Positions 28,380 to 38,808 of a DNA stretch of 64,000 bases are shown here, one piece after another. The translations under genes and the position numbers were made by a program. Under the pieces are notes generated by a model, which made no database searches, had not been told where the DNA came from, and worked only from the letters and a program-made list of their open reading frames with translations. Within the stretch, counting starts at the first letter, position 1. Every line of letters begins with the position of its first letter. Source of the DNA: an uncultured Gammaproteobacteria bacterium (lineage in GTDB: Bacteria > Pseudomonadota > Gammaproteobacteria > GCA-001735895). The stretch lies in the NCBI GenBank assembly GCA_964488685.1, contig CAZAVY010000001.1, positions 52,462 to 116,461 on the forward strand, given 5' to 3'.

Positions 28380-28387
28380 GCTGGAGA

Positions 28388-28429
28388 GTGTAGTGCATTA
28401 CTTTACACATGTAAAGCAATGCACTACAC
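28388..28429. promoter_or_regulatory. 42-bp near-perfect palindrome upstream of higB (candidate HigA/HigBA operator)
   Basis: GTGTAGTGCATTACTTTACAC|ATGTAAAGCAATGCACTACAC. 19 of 21 positions are self-complementary. It ends 9 nt upstream of the higB ATG. Confidence 0.6.
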
Positions 28430-28540
28430 TAATTGTTAAGTCAAGGTAAGGAACCCGCCGTGGGTTAGTCAGCTATCTCAGAGGTCAGCGAGGCAAGCGG
28501 CGGTTGAATATGCGAGGAAAAAGGGTTTAACATTCCTGGA

Positions 28541-28794
28541 TTAAACATTACGCGCTTCAAACTGCCTTACAGCCCGGCTGACGATCATGTAATGCACCTT
28601 AAAAACTCGGCTATTTCTCGCATTGTAAAGGCACCGGAATAATATGCCTGCGCCATTGCATCGTTTCGGGAAGTATACCGACGCTGGTACTCGTCTAGTG
28701 ACTTCGCCAATAAACGCCGGTATTGGCCATCCGTGTAGGCCAACGGGATTTGTAGGAATCGCCCTACAAGATCGCGAGCAATTATCGATTGCAA
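28541..28794 (-). pseudogene. C-terminal HTH fragment of a Y1 (IS200/RayT-like) transposase-family gene, frameshifted
   Basis: Frame a reads ...RNDAMAQAYYSGAFTMREIAEFL and then stops. Frame b continues KVHYMIVSRAVRQFEARNV. Joined, they give the DnaA-like HTH tail (AY.sG.yTm.EIa..f.vHy..VSR) that I associate with REP-associated/IS200-like transposases. The shift lies at a T5 run near 28600. No catalytic N-terminal domain is present. Confidence 0.45.
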
Positions 28795-28880
28795 CGGTAA
28801 TATCAGCCTCCCATACTGAGATAATAAAAATTAGGCTATCCCAAAGAGGCCAATCAAATGACGGTAATTTCAGGATCGTA

Positions 28881-29829
<949 letters not shown>

Positions 29830-31158
29830 CTATTTACGCTCAAAAACCGCCATCGACTCGATATGCGCGGTCTGGGGAAACATATCCATAACACCCAGAT
29901 GTGTCATACGGTATCCCTGGGCGCAAATAATATCAGCATCCCGCACCAGGCTGGAAGGCCGGCAGGATAGGTACACCATTCGACTGGCGTTGAATCGCCC
30001 TGCCAATCGCGCCATTTCTATTGCGCCGGAGCGCGGAGGATCGAGCAGGATCTTGTCGTATTGCAGTCGCATCCACGGAGATTCCGGATCGGGCCGGGTC
30101 AAATCAGCGCTATAGTATTGGGTATTGTCGATGCCATTTTCCAGCGCGGATTCGCGCGCGCGACCAAGCATAGCGGAATCCACTTCGACGCCGGTAACCC
30201 GGGCGCATCGACGCGCCATCGGCAGGGTGAAATTACCCAGGCCACAAAATAGGTCGAGCAAGCAGTCATGCGGCTGCAAGTTTAACAAAGCGAGTGCCTG
30301 CACCACCATTTTCTGGTTGATTTCACTGTTGACCTGCACAAAATCGAGCGCATTGAATGCAATCCTCAATTGCCCATCGCCCATCGGGTCCAGATGCAGT
30401 GCCTGTGTTTCGGGATACAGATTGTGCACTGTATCGGGTCCTCCGGGTTGTAGCTGGATTTGAATATTCTGCTGCCTGGAAAATTCTATCAGTTGCTCAC
30501 GATCGCTTTCAGACAGGGGTTGTAAGTGACGAAAAACGAGCTGGACCCGTTCGGTGTCGGCGGCAACTTCGATCTGAGGTATCTGTGAACAGGCATCGAG
30601 ACCGCCAATCAATTCGGAAAGCAGATCAAGTTTGTGCCCTACTTCGGGTAACAGGACTTCACATCGATGCATATCGGCGATGAAAGTAGTATTTCGTTCA
30701 CGAAATCCAACCAGCACCCGGCCCTTTTTTTTGACATACTTGACGCCAAGGCGGGCTTTTTTCCGGTAACCCCAGGCGGCCCCACGCAACGGCGGCAATA
30801 TTTCTCCAACTCCAATACCGGCATGGGTCATCATATCCAGTAACGACTGCTGTTTGAGCGATACCTGGTCGTCACTGTTGAGATACTGCAGGCTACAACC
30901 ACCACAGACCTCGAATGATTCGCAATGAGGGGAAATGCGCTGAGGCGAGGCTTCGATGACATCGAGCGTCCTTGCCTGATCGAAATTCCGGGTACTCCTG
31001 ACACCCTGGATACGGACTTTTTCACCGGTCAAGGCACCAGACACAAATACCGTTTTCCCATTCACATGAGCAATCCCGCGTCCTTCGTGTGACATCGATT
31101 CGATGGTAACTTCCCTCGGTTCGGGTAGTTTTTTGCGTCGACCGCGCCTAGTTCGCAT
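29830..31158 (-). CDS. rlmD: 23S rRNA (uracil1939-C5)-methyltransferase
   Basis: 442 aa with an N-terminal TRAM domain and a 4-Cys cluster (CESFEVCGGCSLQY). The SAM-MTase motifs are LDLFCGLGNFTLP and ILLDPPRSG, and the sequence ends YLSCRPSSLVRD. Confidence 0.88.
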   Translation of the reverse strand: MRTRRGRRKKLPEPREVTIESMSHEGRGIAHVNGKTVFVSGALTGEKVRIQGVRSTRNFDQARTLDVIEASPQRISPHCESFEVCGGCSLQYLNSDDQVSLKQQSLLDMMTHAGIGVGEILPPLRGAAWGYRKKARLGVKYVKKKGRVLVGFRERNTTFIADMHRCEVLLPEVGHKLDLLSELIGGLDACSQIPQIEVAADTERVQLVFRHLQPLSESDREQLIEFSRQQNIQIQLQPGGPDTVHNLYPETQALHLDPMGDGQLRIAFNALDFVQVNSEINQKMVVQALALLNLQPHDCLLDLFCGLGNFTLPMARRCARVTGVEVDSAMLGRARESALENGIDNTQYYSADLTRPDPESPWMRLQYDKILLDPPRSGAIEMARLAGRFNASRMVYLSCRPSSLVRDADIICAQGYRMTHLGVMDMFPQTAHIESMAVFERK

Positions 31159-31172
31159 TTCTCATCAACGAG

Positions 31173-31946
31173 TTAAACATCGAGCCAGGCAGATTCGAAA
31201 TCGAGTAAATGCTGCATGCCAGAATTTTTTAATTCCTCGCGTACGAGCTGGCATTCGGCCCGGTACCGGGTAGGATCGAAATGGCCACGACTGCGTTCAA
31301 AATTGAGAAACACCAGGTAGGTATTGAGCGCATCCGTTTCACAATAGTTACGAATCTCATTGATTTCGCCTTTTTGATACGCATCCCACACCTTTGATCC
31401 ACTCATTCCCATTTTCCCGGGAAATCCACACAGGCCCGCTATTTCGTCTAGCGGTGCATTTGCGCGCGGCTGATAGGCCGCGAGCACATCCATCAGGTCG
31501 GTGTGCCGGTCATGGTATCGACTGATATAGTTGTTATATCGAAAGCTGGTATCGTTCTGACCGGTTTCCCAGTAGTGCGCCGCGTTAATCGGGTATAACA
31601 GGCTACGGTAGTGGATCACCGGCAGGTCAAAACCGCTACCATTCCAGGACACCAGTCGCGGTGTATACCGCTCTATACCGCTATAGAAGCGTTGTAACAG
31701 ATCCTGTTCATCCGAGTCCTTGTCTCCAAGCGACCATACCTTGAACTGATCCCGGGTACGAAGCACAGCCGAAATGGCAATCACTCGATGTAGATAATGG
31801 CGCAAAAATTCATTACCCGACTGCTGTCGACGCAGTTGGAAAGCCGCCCGGGCGACATCATCATCGGACAAACCGTGCAAATCGTATATCTTTCGACAGC
31901 CATCGATATCTGGAATAGTTTCAATATCAAAAACTAAAACATTCAT
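31173..31946 (-). CDS. Predicted 3'-5' exonuclease related to the PolB exonuclease domain (RNase H-like fold)
   Basis: The start is taken at MNVLVFDIETIPD. The DEDD-type motifs are FDIET, SWNGSGFDLPV and YCETDALNTY. The ORF-track start at 32009 would overlap cysM by 50 nt. Confidence 0.7.
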   Translation of the reverse strand: MNVLVFDIETIPDIDGCRKIYDLHGLSDDDVARAAFQLRRQQSGNEFLRHYLHRVIAISAVLRTRDQFKVWSLGDKDSDEQDLLQRFYSGIERYTPRLVSWNGSGFDLPVIHYRSLLYPINAAHYWETGQNDTSFRYNNYISRYHDRHTDLMDVLAAYQPRANAPLDEIAGLCGFPGKMGMSGSKVWDAYQKGEINEIRNYCETDALNTYLVFLNFERSRGHFDPTRYRAECQLVREELKNSGMQHLLDFESAWLDV

Positions 31947-31959
31947 AAACAGACCCGTA

Positions 31960-32844
31960 TCAGGGATTTTCAAAAACCCCGGTAGTGAGGTAACGATCAC
32001 CCCGGTCACAGATTATTGTCACGATATGCGCATTTGATAACTCCTGTGCCAGCCGCAGACTGGCGCAAACTGCGCCGCCCGAAGATATACCGCAAAAAAT
32101 TCCTTCCCTGGCGGCAAGTTCGCGCGTGAATTCCTCGGCTTGTTGGCGCGACACATCGATGATTCGATCGACCGCTTCAGCCCGGTATATACGCGGAATA
32201 TATTCAACCGGCCATCGCCGGATTCCCGGGATCGAAGAACCATCTGCGGGTTGTACACCGATAATTTCGATCCCGGGATTTACTTCTTTAAAGAATCTAG
32301 CACAACCCATAATAGTGCCGGTGGTTCCCATGGCGCTAACAAAGTGGGTTAGCTCGTGATTTGTCTGGCGCCAGATTTCAGGCGCCGTTGTTTCGTAATG
32401 CGCGCGCGGGTTATCTTCATTGGCAAACTGATCGAGCATCTTTGCCTTTCCCTGCGCATTCATTTGTTCGGCAATATCCCGCGCTTTAACCATGCCTTCT
32501 TCTTTACTGACGAGAATAATTTCGGCACCTAAGGCGCGCATCGTCGTGAGTCGTTCGTGGCTCATATTGTCGGGCATGATCAACTTCATGTGGTAGCCAC
32601 GCGTCGCCGCCACCATCGCCAACGCAATTCCGGTATTTCCGCTGGTTGCTTCGACCAGGACATCACCGGGTTTGATTTCGCCACGCGCTTCGGCATGCTT
32701 GATCATACTGTAGGCAGGTCGATCCTTGACCGAACCCGCGGGATTATTGCCTTCGAGCTTTACCGAAATCCGGTTGCCTGCACCCGCCTCAAGGCGTTGC
32801 AATGTCACCAGCGGGGTATTTCCGATATAATCTTGTACATGCAT
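31960..32844 (-). CDS. cysM: Cysteine synthase B (O-acetylserine sulfhydrylase)
   Basis: 294 aa with IGNTPLV...NPAGSVKDRPA...EATSGNTGIALA motifs. It is compact like CysM. The B versus A isoform call comes from length and synteny only. Confidence 0.8.
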   Translation of the reverse strand: MHVQDYIGNTPLVTLQRLEAGAGNRISVKLEGNNPAGSVKDRPAYSMIKHAEARGEIKPGDVLVEATSGNTGIALAMVAATRGYHMKLIMPDNMSHERLTTMRALGAEIILVSKEEGMVKARDIAEQMNAQGKAKMLDQFANEDNPRAHYETTAPEIWRQTNHELTHFVSAMGTTGTIMGCARFFKEVNPGIEIIGVQPADGSSIPGIRRWPVEYIPRIYRAEAVDRIIDVSRQQAEEFTRELAAREGIFCGISSGGAVCASLRLAQELSNAHIVTIICDRGDRYLTTGVFENP

Positions 32845-32941
32845 AGTAAAAATGACTAAACCAGGACGGGGATTGGAACCAGCTATTTTACTTTAATGCG
32901 GAATCGCAGATAAGCGATTTCTTAAAGCCAAGGAGAGATTT

Positions 32942-34921
32942 TTGCTATCGATTCAACGCCTTTTATTATTGTTTCTGCTGTCGACCCAGGTAACGGCGTA
33001 TGCACAAACTAACGAGGCCACCGCCGAGGATTTCTTTGAAGACTCGCCCTTGATTCTGACCGCATCGCGGATGTCAAAACCACTGCTGGAATCCCCGGCC
33101 AGCGTTAGCGTAATCAGCCGCCAGATGATCGAGTCTTCGGGCATTCGTGAAATTGCCGAACTGTTTCGACTGGTACCTGGATTCGTGGTGGGGTTTCACA
33201 GTGGCCATGCGCCTGCCGTCACTTACCAGGGCCTGGGACTGGAATTTGGTCGCCAGATACAGGTATTGATCGATGGCAGATCGGTATTTATTCCGTCTTT
33301 CGGTGGCGTACCCTGGTCTAACCTGCCGCTGTTGATCGAAGATATCGAGCGAATTGAAGTCATTAGAGGACCCAATGCCGTTACTTACGGGGCCAATGCG
33401 TTTCTGGCAACCATCAATATCATTACCCGTCACGCTGCCGAAGACCTCGGCGCCCAATATTCGGTCACCGTGGGCGACAATACCAACCCCGATATCGAAG
33501 ATGCCTATTTCCGCATCGGGAGTCACCACCAGATACTCGATTGGCGTCTGAGCATCGGCGCCATAAACGATGAAGGGTTTAGCGACATCAATGATTCCAA
33601 GCGCATCGCAAAGATCAATTTTCGAATGGATCTGGAATCGAGCAGCAATCAATTCTGGACTTTGCAGCTCGGTTCCAGTGATAGCGTTGCGGGGCGTGGA
33701 TTCCCACCCTCCCCCGACACTACGACCGATATCGAACGCGATGAAGAAGCGACCAACCAATATTTCAGCTTGCAATGGGAAGGTGTCTGGGGCTCGAGAA
33801 CCTCAATTGCCCGTTTGACACACACTCGTCAAGAAGTAATCGACCACTATGATCCAGGCCCGTTTACACTGCAACTGGACGCGGGCGCTTTTCCCGGAGT
33901 AACCACCTTGATCGATTTTGACCGCAATTCCGAACGTACCGAACTTGAGTTCACCCAAACCGATGACATCAATGACAACCTACGTCTTGTCTACGGCGGC
34001 AGCCTGCGACAGGACAGGGTTAAATCTATCTTTTTGCTGAATAGACGAAATTTTCAGGATGTCGAAAGTAATCGACTGTTCGGGGGCATCGAGTGGCGAT
34101 TTGGTAGAAACTGGTTACTCGATATCGGCGTTATGCTGGAGGATTCAACCCTGACTGAACGCGAGAATTCGCCCCGTATATCGCTGATTCGAAAATTCGG
34201 CAAAACCCATGCATTGCGCCTTGTGGCATCAACCGCTAAACGTAACCCGATTCTTTGGGAGTTCGATGGAGAAACCGAGTTTACGGTAAATATTCCGTTG
34301 TTCGGCACCGTCGTCGTCCCCACATGGTTCGGCAACGACGGCATTGAACCGGAAAGCATTGAATCTTACGAAATAGGTTTGCGCAGTCATTTCGGGGCCG
34401 GGTGGGCAAGTGATATCAAGATTTTCAGATATGATATTGACGATCACATTGTAAACACAACAAGCCCGATCGACACGGGTCCACTGCTAGGCGTTATACC
34501 GGTTGGCACCCCGGTCAACGGCGAATCCACGAAGGTGACAGGGATAGAGGTAGCGCTCGATTACGCAGTTGACAATCAACTGGAACTGCACACCGGGTTC
34601 AGTTTCGTCGACACCGACTCGAGCCTGCGAGACCTGCAGGAGTCATTTCCCGAGTACACCGCTTTTATCAGCGCGCGATACCGGGTAAATTCCAAACATG
34701 AAGTATTTGCGGCTTACTATTATCTGGACGAAATTAGCTGGCTCGATAGCAGTTCGACCACGCCGAGCGCAAATCGACTGGATTTACGCTATGCCTATAA
34801 ACTGACCGGTGCCTTTCAACTGGAAATTATCGGCCAGAATCTGATCGAGGACATCGAAGACTACGAAGATGAAAATATTCACGACCAGGTGATGTACCTG
34901 AGGTTGTCTGGCGGATTTTAA
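32942..34921 (+). CDS. TonB-dependent outer-membrane receptor (small, 659 aa)
   Basis: A TTG start has AGGAG 6 nt upstream. A signal peptide is followed by the TonB-box-like PLILTASR and the plug domain (ESPASVSVISRQMIESSGIREIAELFRLVPG...IERIEVIRGPNAVTYGANA). The beta-barrel ends in YLRLSGGF. Confidence 0.85.
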   Translation: MLSIQRLLLLFLLSTQVTAYAQTNEATAEDFFEDSPLILTASRMSKPLLESPASVSVISRQMIESSGIREIAELFRLVPGFVVGFHSGHAPAVTYQGLGLEFGRQIQVLIDGRSVFIPSFGGVPWSNLPLLIEDIERIEVIRGPNAVTYGANAFLATINIITRHAAEDLGAQYSVTVGDNTNPDIEDAYFRIGSHHQILDWRLSIGAINDEGFSDINDSKRIAKINFRMDLESSSNQFWTLQLGSSDSVAGRGFPPSPDTTTDIERDEEATNQYFSLQWEGVWGSRTSIARLTHTRQEVIDHYDPGPFTLQLDAGAFPGVTTLIDFDRNSERTELEFTQTDDINDNLRLVYGGSLRQDRVKSIFLLNRRNFQDVESNRLFGGIEWRFGRNWLLDIGVMLEDSTLTERENSPRISLIRKFGKTHALRLVASTAKRNPILWEFDGETEFTVNIPLFGTVVVPTWFGNDGIEPESIESYEIGLRSHFGAGWASDIKIFRYDIDDHIVNTTSPIDTGPLLGVIPVGTPVNGESTKVTGIEVALDYAVDNQLELHTGFSFVDTDSSLRDLQESFPEYTAFISARYRVNSKHEVFAAYYYLDEISWLDSSSTTPSANRLDLRYAYKLTGAFQLEIIGQNLIEDIEDYEDENIHDQVMYLRLSGGF

Positions 34922-34928
34922 CAGGCCA

Positions 34929-35855
34929 ATGAAAAAAGGAATTGTAGCTATGAGCTGGCTTAAGGGACTAATTCTAAGCTTTTTACTGTTTTCACCCATG
35001 TGCCTGTGGGCCGCACCGCAAGGCGTGAATCAACTAGTTATCGTGAAAAGCAGTAACAATACCTATTTTGACCAGACCGCAACCACCCTGATTAAACATA
35101 TTGATCCGGGTATCCAGTTCAAGATTGTGTTGGCGCAGGATTTATCCCGTTTTTCAGGCCAGCAATCCGAGCAAATCCTTTTTGTCGCCCTTGGTAAAGC
35201 GGCGGTTGTTGCACTCAACAAACTCGATTTCGAGCCGAATTCAATCAACGCATACCTCACACATGAACAATACAGACTTTTAAAACTCGAAAAACAGACC
35301 ACGGTACTACTGAACCAGCCATTGTATCGCTACCTCGCGTTTTGCAAGTTCATGCTTGGATCCGAGTCAATCGGGATTATCACCGATAAAGGCGCCGAAC
35401 CGTTTCAAGAGCAGGTTAGAACGCTAAAAGGAATCCAACTGAGACTAAACACCTACCAGATAGATCCGGATAACAAACTACTCCCCGTGCTGCGCGATCT
35501 ACTCAGGCAGAACGATGTCCTGTTAATGCTTCCACGTCAATCAGTTTACAACCGGGACACGCTCAAAGGCGTTTTACTCACCAGTTATCGAAGCCGCAAA
35601 CCGGTCATAAGCTACTCACCAGCCCATGTTAAATCAGGAGCACTGGCCTCAATTTACTCATCCCCGGTGGATATCGGTAGACATCTGGCGCTCCTGGTTC
35701 ACCAGAAATTGCGTCATCAAACTACTACCGGCCCAGTGTTTGAGTTTGCACGGTTTTATTCGATTACGAAAAACCGGAGGGTAGCACGCGCACTCGGAAT
35801 AAACTTACCTGAAGAACGGGATATACGCTCAAAACTGGACAGGTTAGGACAATGA
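34929..35855 (+). CDS. Periplasmic ABC_sub_bind (PF04392-like) binding-protein-fold protein, not linked to any transporter here
   Basis: 308 aa with a signal peptide (LLFSPMCLWA). The overall pattern resembles type-I periplasmic binding proteins of the PF04392 family (from memory). It starts 7 nt after the receptor and has an ATGA overlap with the kinase gene. Confidence 0.5.
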   Translation: MKKGIVAMSWLKGLILSFLLFSPMCLWAAPQGVNQLVIVKSSNNTYFDQTATTLIKHIDPGIQFKIVLAQDLSRFSGQQSEQILFVALGKAAVVALNKLDFEPNSINAYLTHEQYRLLKLEKQTTVLLNQPLYRYLAFCKFMLGSESIGIITDKGAEPFQEQVRTLKGIQLRLNTYQIDPDNKLLPVLRDLLRQNDVLLMLPRQSVYNRDTLKGVLLTSYRSRKPVISYSPAHVKSGALASIYSSPVDIGRHLALLVHQKLRHQTTTGPVFEFARFYSITKNRRVARALGINLPEERDIRSKLDRLGQ

Positions 35856-38578
35856 AGCGCCTTGGTATCAAATTTCAGATTTTGTTGATCACGCTGATTC
35901 CGGTGTTTATGATTGATCTGTTTTTTACCTATAAGCATATCAACGGCAGTATCGAGCAAGCCAATGAACTTCTTCGGAGCAAAGGCCAGATCATCGCCCG
36001 GCAGATTGCCGGCGCCTCGGAATTCAACCTGTTTACCGGCAACGATAACCAGATCCAGTACCAGCTTAGCCAGTCGGTAGATACCAACGACATTGTACTG
36101 GCGTCGGTTTACGACTGGCAGGGAAAAATGATAGCTGAATCGGTCTCGCCTTTATTTAAACAAGCGCAAGCGACCGAGTATCATTACTTTCGCCAGGCCA
36201 TCATGTCCCAAAGCATTGAACATTCAGACGTCTTTACACCCGAATTTGAAGGCGTTCGTCAATCCAGAATCCTGGGCTGGGTACATCTCTATATCTCTCG
36301 CCAGCAGCTGCAACGAACAACTCGGCAAATTATTGTCGATTCCATCGTATTTTTTGTCACAATTCTGATCATAGCGATAATCCTGACTGTTGTTATCAGC
36401 CGTCGAATCACACAGCCGATTTTCCGGTTAATGGAACATTTGAAGCTCGTCGAGACTGGGCAACTCGGAAAAACAATCGCCCCTACGGAAGCCAATGAAA
36501 TCGGTGCGGTACAAAAAGGCTTCAACCGTATGACCCATGCACTGCTCGCCAATCGTCGACATCTGAACCTTCGAATCCAGCAGGCAACCCAGCAGCTCAA
36601 TGAAGCAATTACCGACCTGGAAACCAAAAATCGCGAACTGGGATTTGCTCGAGACGAAGCACAGAACGCGAACCGGACCAAGTCTGAATTTCTCGCCAAT
36701 ATGAGTCACGAAATACGCACCCCAATAAATGGTATCAAGGGTTTTATCAGTTTACTGAGCCAATCGGAACTGGATCAATCACAACAACGCTACGTCGATA
36801 TAGTTCTGAAGTCGACCAGCGACCTGATCAGTATCGTTAACGAAATCCTGGATTTTTCGAAAATGGAATCGGGTAAATTACATATCGTCGACGAGGAGTT
36901 TGACCTTTACGAAGTCATAGAACAGACCCGCGACATACTTTTTATCAATGTGCTGACAAAAAACATTGATTTAAATCTAATCATATACAGCGACACTCCA
37001 CGCCGGGTGGTTGGAGACAAACTGAGGCTGAAGCAGATTTTGTTAAATCTGATCGGCAATGCGATCAAGTTCACCGACCAGGGTCAGGTCGTTATTAAGG
37101 TCAGTCTTAAAGACAGTAATTCCGACCAGTTCGTCGTCGAAATTTCTGTCGAGGATACTGGAATAGGCATTTCAGAACAGGATCAGCGAACCCTTTTCCA
37201 GGCTTTCAGCCAGGTTGAAAGTTCCGCTACGCGACGTTTTACCGGAACAGGATTGGGTCTGGTGATCAGTAGCAACCTCGCTAGCCTGATGTGCGGTGAT
37301 ATCAGCATGCATTCGACACCTGGAGAAGGATCGAGGTTTACGCTACAGCTACCCTTCAAGTATGGCAGCAAACACGAAATGGCGGATTCCTGCGAGGCAG
37401 AAATGCCGAATGCACTGATATTTGCCGCCACCAATAATTGCCTTATGGAAACCCGCAGCCTGTACGACAGATCCGGGGTGAACACCGAGTGCCACCTGAT
37501 CGACAATCTAAAGGGAAGCGATCCTGTCACGCAATGCATTCGGCGCAACCTCGCCTATATCGATATACTGGTATTTGATTTACGCCATATAAATATTGAT
37601 CTGGAGAAAGTGCTTGATCAGGAAATTGCCGACGCTGTGCGCATCATTTTCATGGATTATGACCAGGTTTCCGAACTACCGGTTACCCTACGCCGGGTAG
37701 AATTTGCTTCAATTATCAATACCACGGAATCGATCGAAAAACTTGTCAGCAGGAATAGCGAACCCGACCCTGAAATATCTCCCATTGACCCGCAGCCTCG
37801 ATCTCCAAGCAAAAGAGTACTGCTGGTGGATGACAACCAGGTAAATCTGCAGCTCGCAAGCGAATTAATTCGACTGTGGGGGCACGATGTCATCGCGCTA
37901 GATCATGGGAGCAAATTACTGGAAACCTATGAGCATCGGGAATTCGACCTGATCATTCTCGATATCCAGATGCCCGATATTGACGGCATCAGCCTGCTGC
38001 ACATGATGCGGGAACTTAAACCCGCAGACCAGACTCCAGTTGTCGCATTAACCGCTAATGTATTGAACGACGAAGCCGGGCGACTGATCGAACTGGGATT
38101 TGACTATTTCGTCGGCAAGCCAATCGATGAAGATAAATTTCGTTCGTTATTGGACGGGAGCCCACAACGCCAGCAATCGACAGAAAATAAACCGCATGAA
38201 CCCGAACATAACCCTGATTGTTCGGTTGACTATGCAAAATCATTGGCCCTTTCTGCGGAAAACGAATCACTGTTGAAGCAAATTTTCGAGATAATCCAGC
38301 GTGATATTCCAGATCAACAACTGCAACTTAGCAATGCACTAGCCCAGCTAGACCAGGATAAGCTTGCCGCAATTGTACATAAACTTCATGGCGTTACCTG
38401 TTATGCAAGCCTGCCTCGCTTGCGTCGCAGGGTACTGGGATTTCAGCAACGCCTGGCCCATGACAGTAGCGCCCCGCTGGATAAGTCGGTGCAAAAATTG
38501 AACGAGGAGCTGGGGTTGGTAAAACTGGAGGTAGGACGCTTGCTGGAACAAATGGATGCCGAAGGGATATCCAGCTAG
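35852..38578 (+). CDS. gacS: BarA/GacS-type tripartite hybrid sensor histidine kinase (TM-periplasmic-TM-HAMP-HisKA-HATPase-linker-REC-Hpt)
   Basis: 908 aa and collinear with E. coli BarA as I remember it, including the N-terminal sensor region and HAMP. The H-box is [18 protein letters not shown], and the N/G boxes are [13 protein letters not shown] and GTGLGL. The REC domain reads [11 protein letters not shown]...DIQMPDIDG...KP, and the Hpt reads [17 protein letters not shown]. The cysM and rlmD neighbours match barA/gacS synteny in E. coli and P. aeruginosa. Confidence 0.7.
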   Translation: MKRLGIKFQILLITLIPVFMIDLFFTYKHINGSIEQANELLRSKGQIIARQIAGASEFNLFTGNDNQIQYQLSQSVDTNDIVLASVYDWQGKMIAESVSPLFKQAQATEYHYFRQAIMSQSIEHSDVFTPEFEGVRQSRILGWVHLYISRQQLQRTTRQIIVDSIVFFVTILIIAIILTVVISRRITQPIFRLMEHLKLVETGQLGKTIAPTEANEIGAVQKGFNRMTHALLANRRHLNLRIQQATQQLNEAITDLETKNRELGFARDEAQNANRTKSEFLANMSHEIRTPINGIKGFISLLSQSELDQSQQRYVDIVLKSTSDLISIVNEILDFSKMESGKLHIVDEEFDLYEVIEQTRDILFINVLTKNIDLNLIIYSDTPRRVVGDKLRLKQILLNLIGNAIKFTDQGQVVIKVSLKDSNSDQFVVEISVEDTGIGISEQDQRTLFQAFSQVESSATRRFTGTGLGLVISSNLASLMCGDISMHSTPGEGSRFTLQLPFKYGSKHEMADSCEAEMPNALIFAATNNCLMETRSLYDRSGVNTECHLIDNLKGSDPVTQCIRRNLAYIDILVFDLRHINIDLEKVLDQEIADAVRIIFMDYDQVSELPVTLRRVEFASIINTTESIEKLVSRNSEPDPEISPIDPQPRSPSKRVLLVDDNQVNLQLASELIRLWGHDVIALDHGSKLLETYEHREFDLIILDIQMPDIDGISLLHMMRELKPADQTPVVALTANVLNDEAGRLIELGFDYFVGKPIDEDKFRSLLDGSPQRQQSTENKPHEPEHNPDCSVDYAKSLALSAENESLLKQIFEIIQRDIPDQQLQLSNALAQLDQDKLAAIVHKLHGVTCYASLPRLRRRVLGFQQRLAHDSSAPLDKSVQKLNEELGLVKLEVGRLLEQMDAEGISS

Positions 38579-38808
38579 GAGTTTGTCGTTTCCGTGATAT
38601 CGACACCGTTTCCGAATTTCATCGCCCCGGGCGTCGGCGTAATGCCCGGTATGAATTTCGATACAGGGCGCACCACATTCAATAGCGGCATCGATTTGCT
38701 CACGGCTGACATCGATAAATGGCGATACCCGAGTCCCGACATCGGCCAGGCGTACGCAACTATCCCGAACCTGATCGATTTGACCCCCAGGGTAATCGGG
38801 TTCTTCAT
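38579..38808 (-). pseudogene. pdxJ: pdxJ (pyridoxine 5'-phosphate synthase) remnant: start codon plus ~9 N-terminal codons, an internal out-of-frame deletion, a mid-gene segment, and a 3' truncation
   Basis: The ATG at 38808 overlaps the recO stop (ATGA) and reads MKNPITLGV (PdxJ N-termini read ..LLGVNIDH). From 38788 a different frame reads [53 protein letters not shown]. This is collinear with PdxJ residues about 110-165. Homology ends near 38618, about 40 nt from the convergent kinase stop. Confidence 0.7.

Noticed and set aside
28401-28416. Resemblance of CTTTACACATGTAAAG to the GacA/UvrY upstream activating box (TGTAAG-N6-CTTACA), given the GacS-like kinase in the window.
   Set aside because: The half-sites are in the opposite order and have different spacing. 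The sequence is the centre of the higB palindrome, which explains it better.
28644-28880. The N-terminal 79 residues of the 307-aa ORF-track entry 28644-29567.
   Set aside because: This part is antisense to the transposase-fragment homology and has no protein-like features. An internal ATG at 28881, with an RBS and a signal peptide, is the more plausible start of the chimeric (degraded) ORF.
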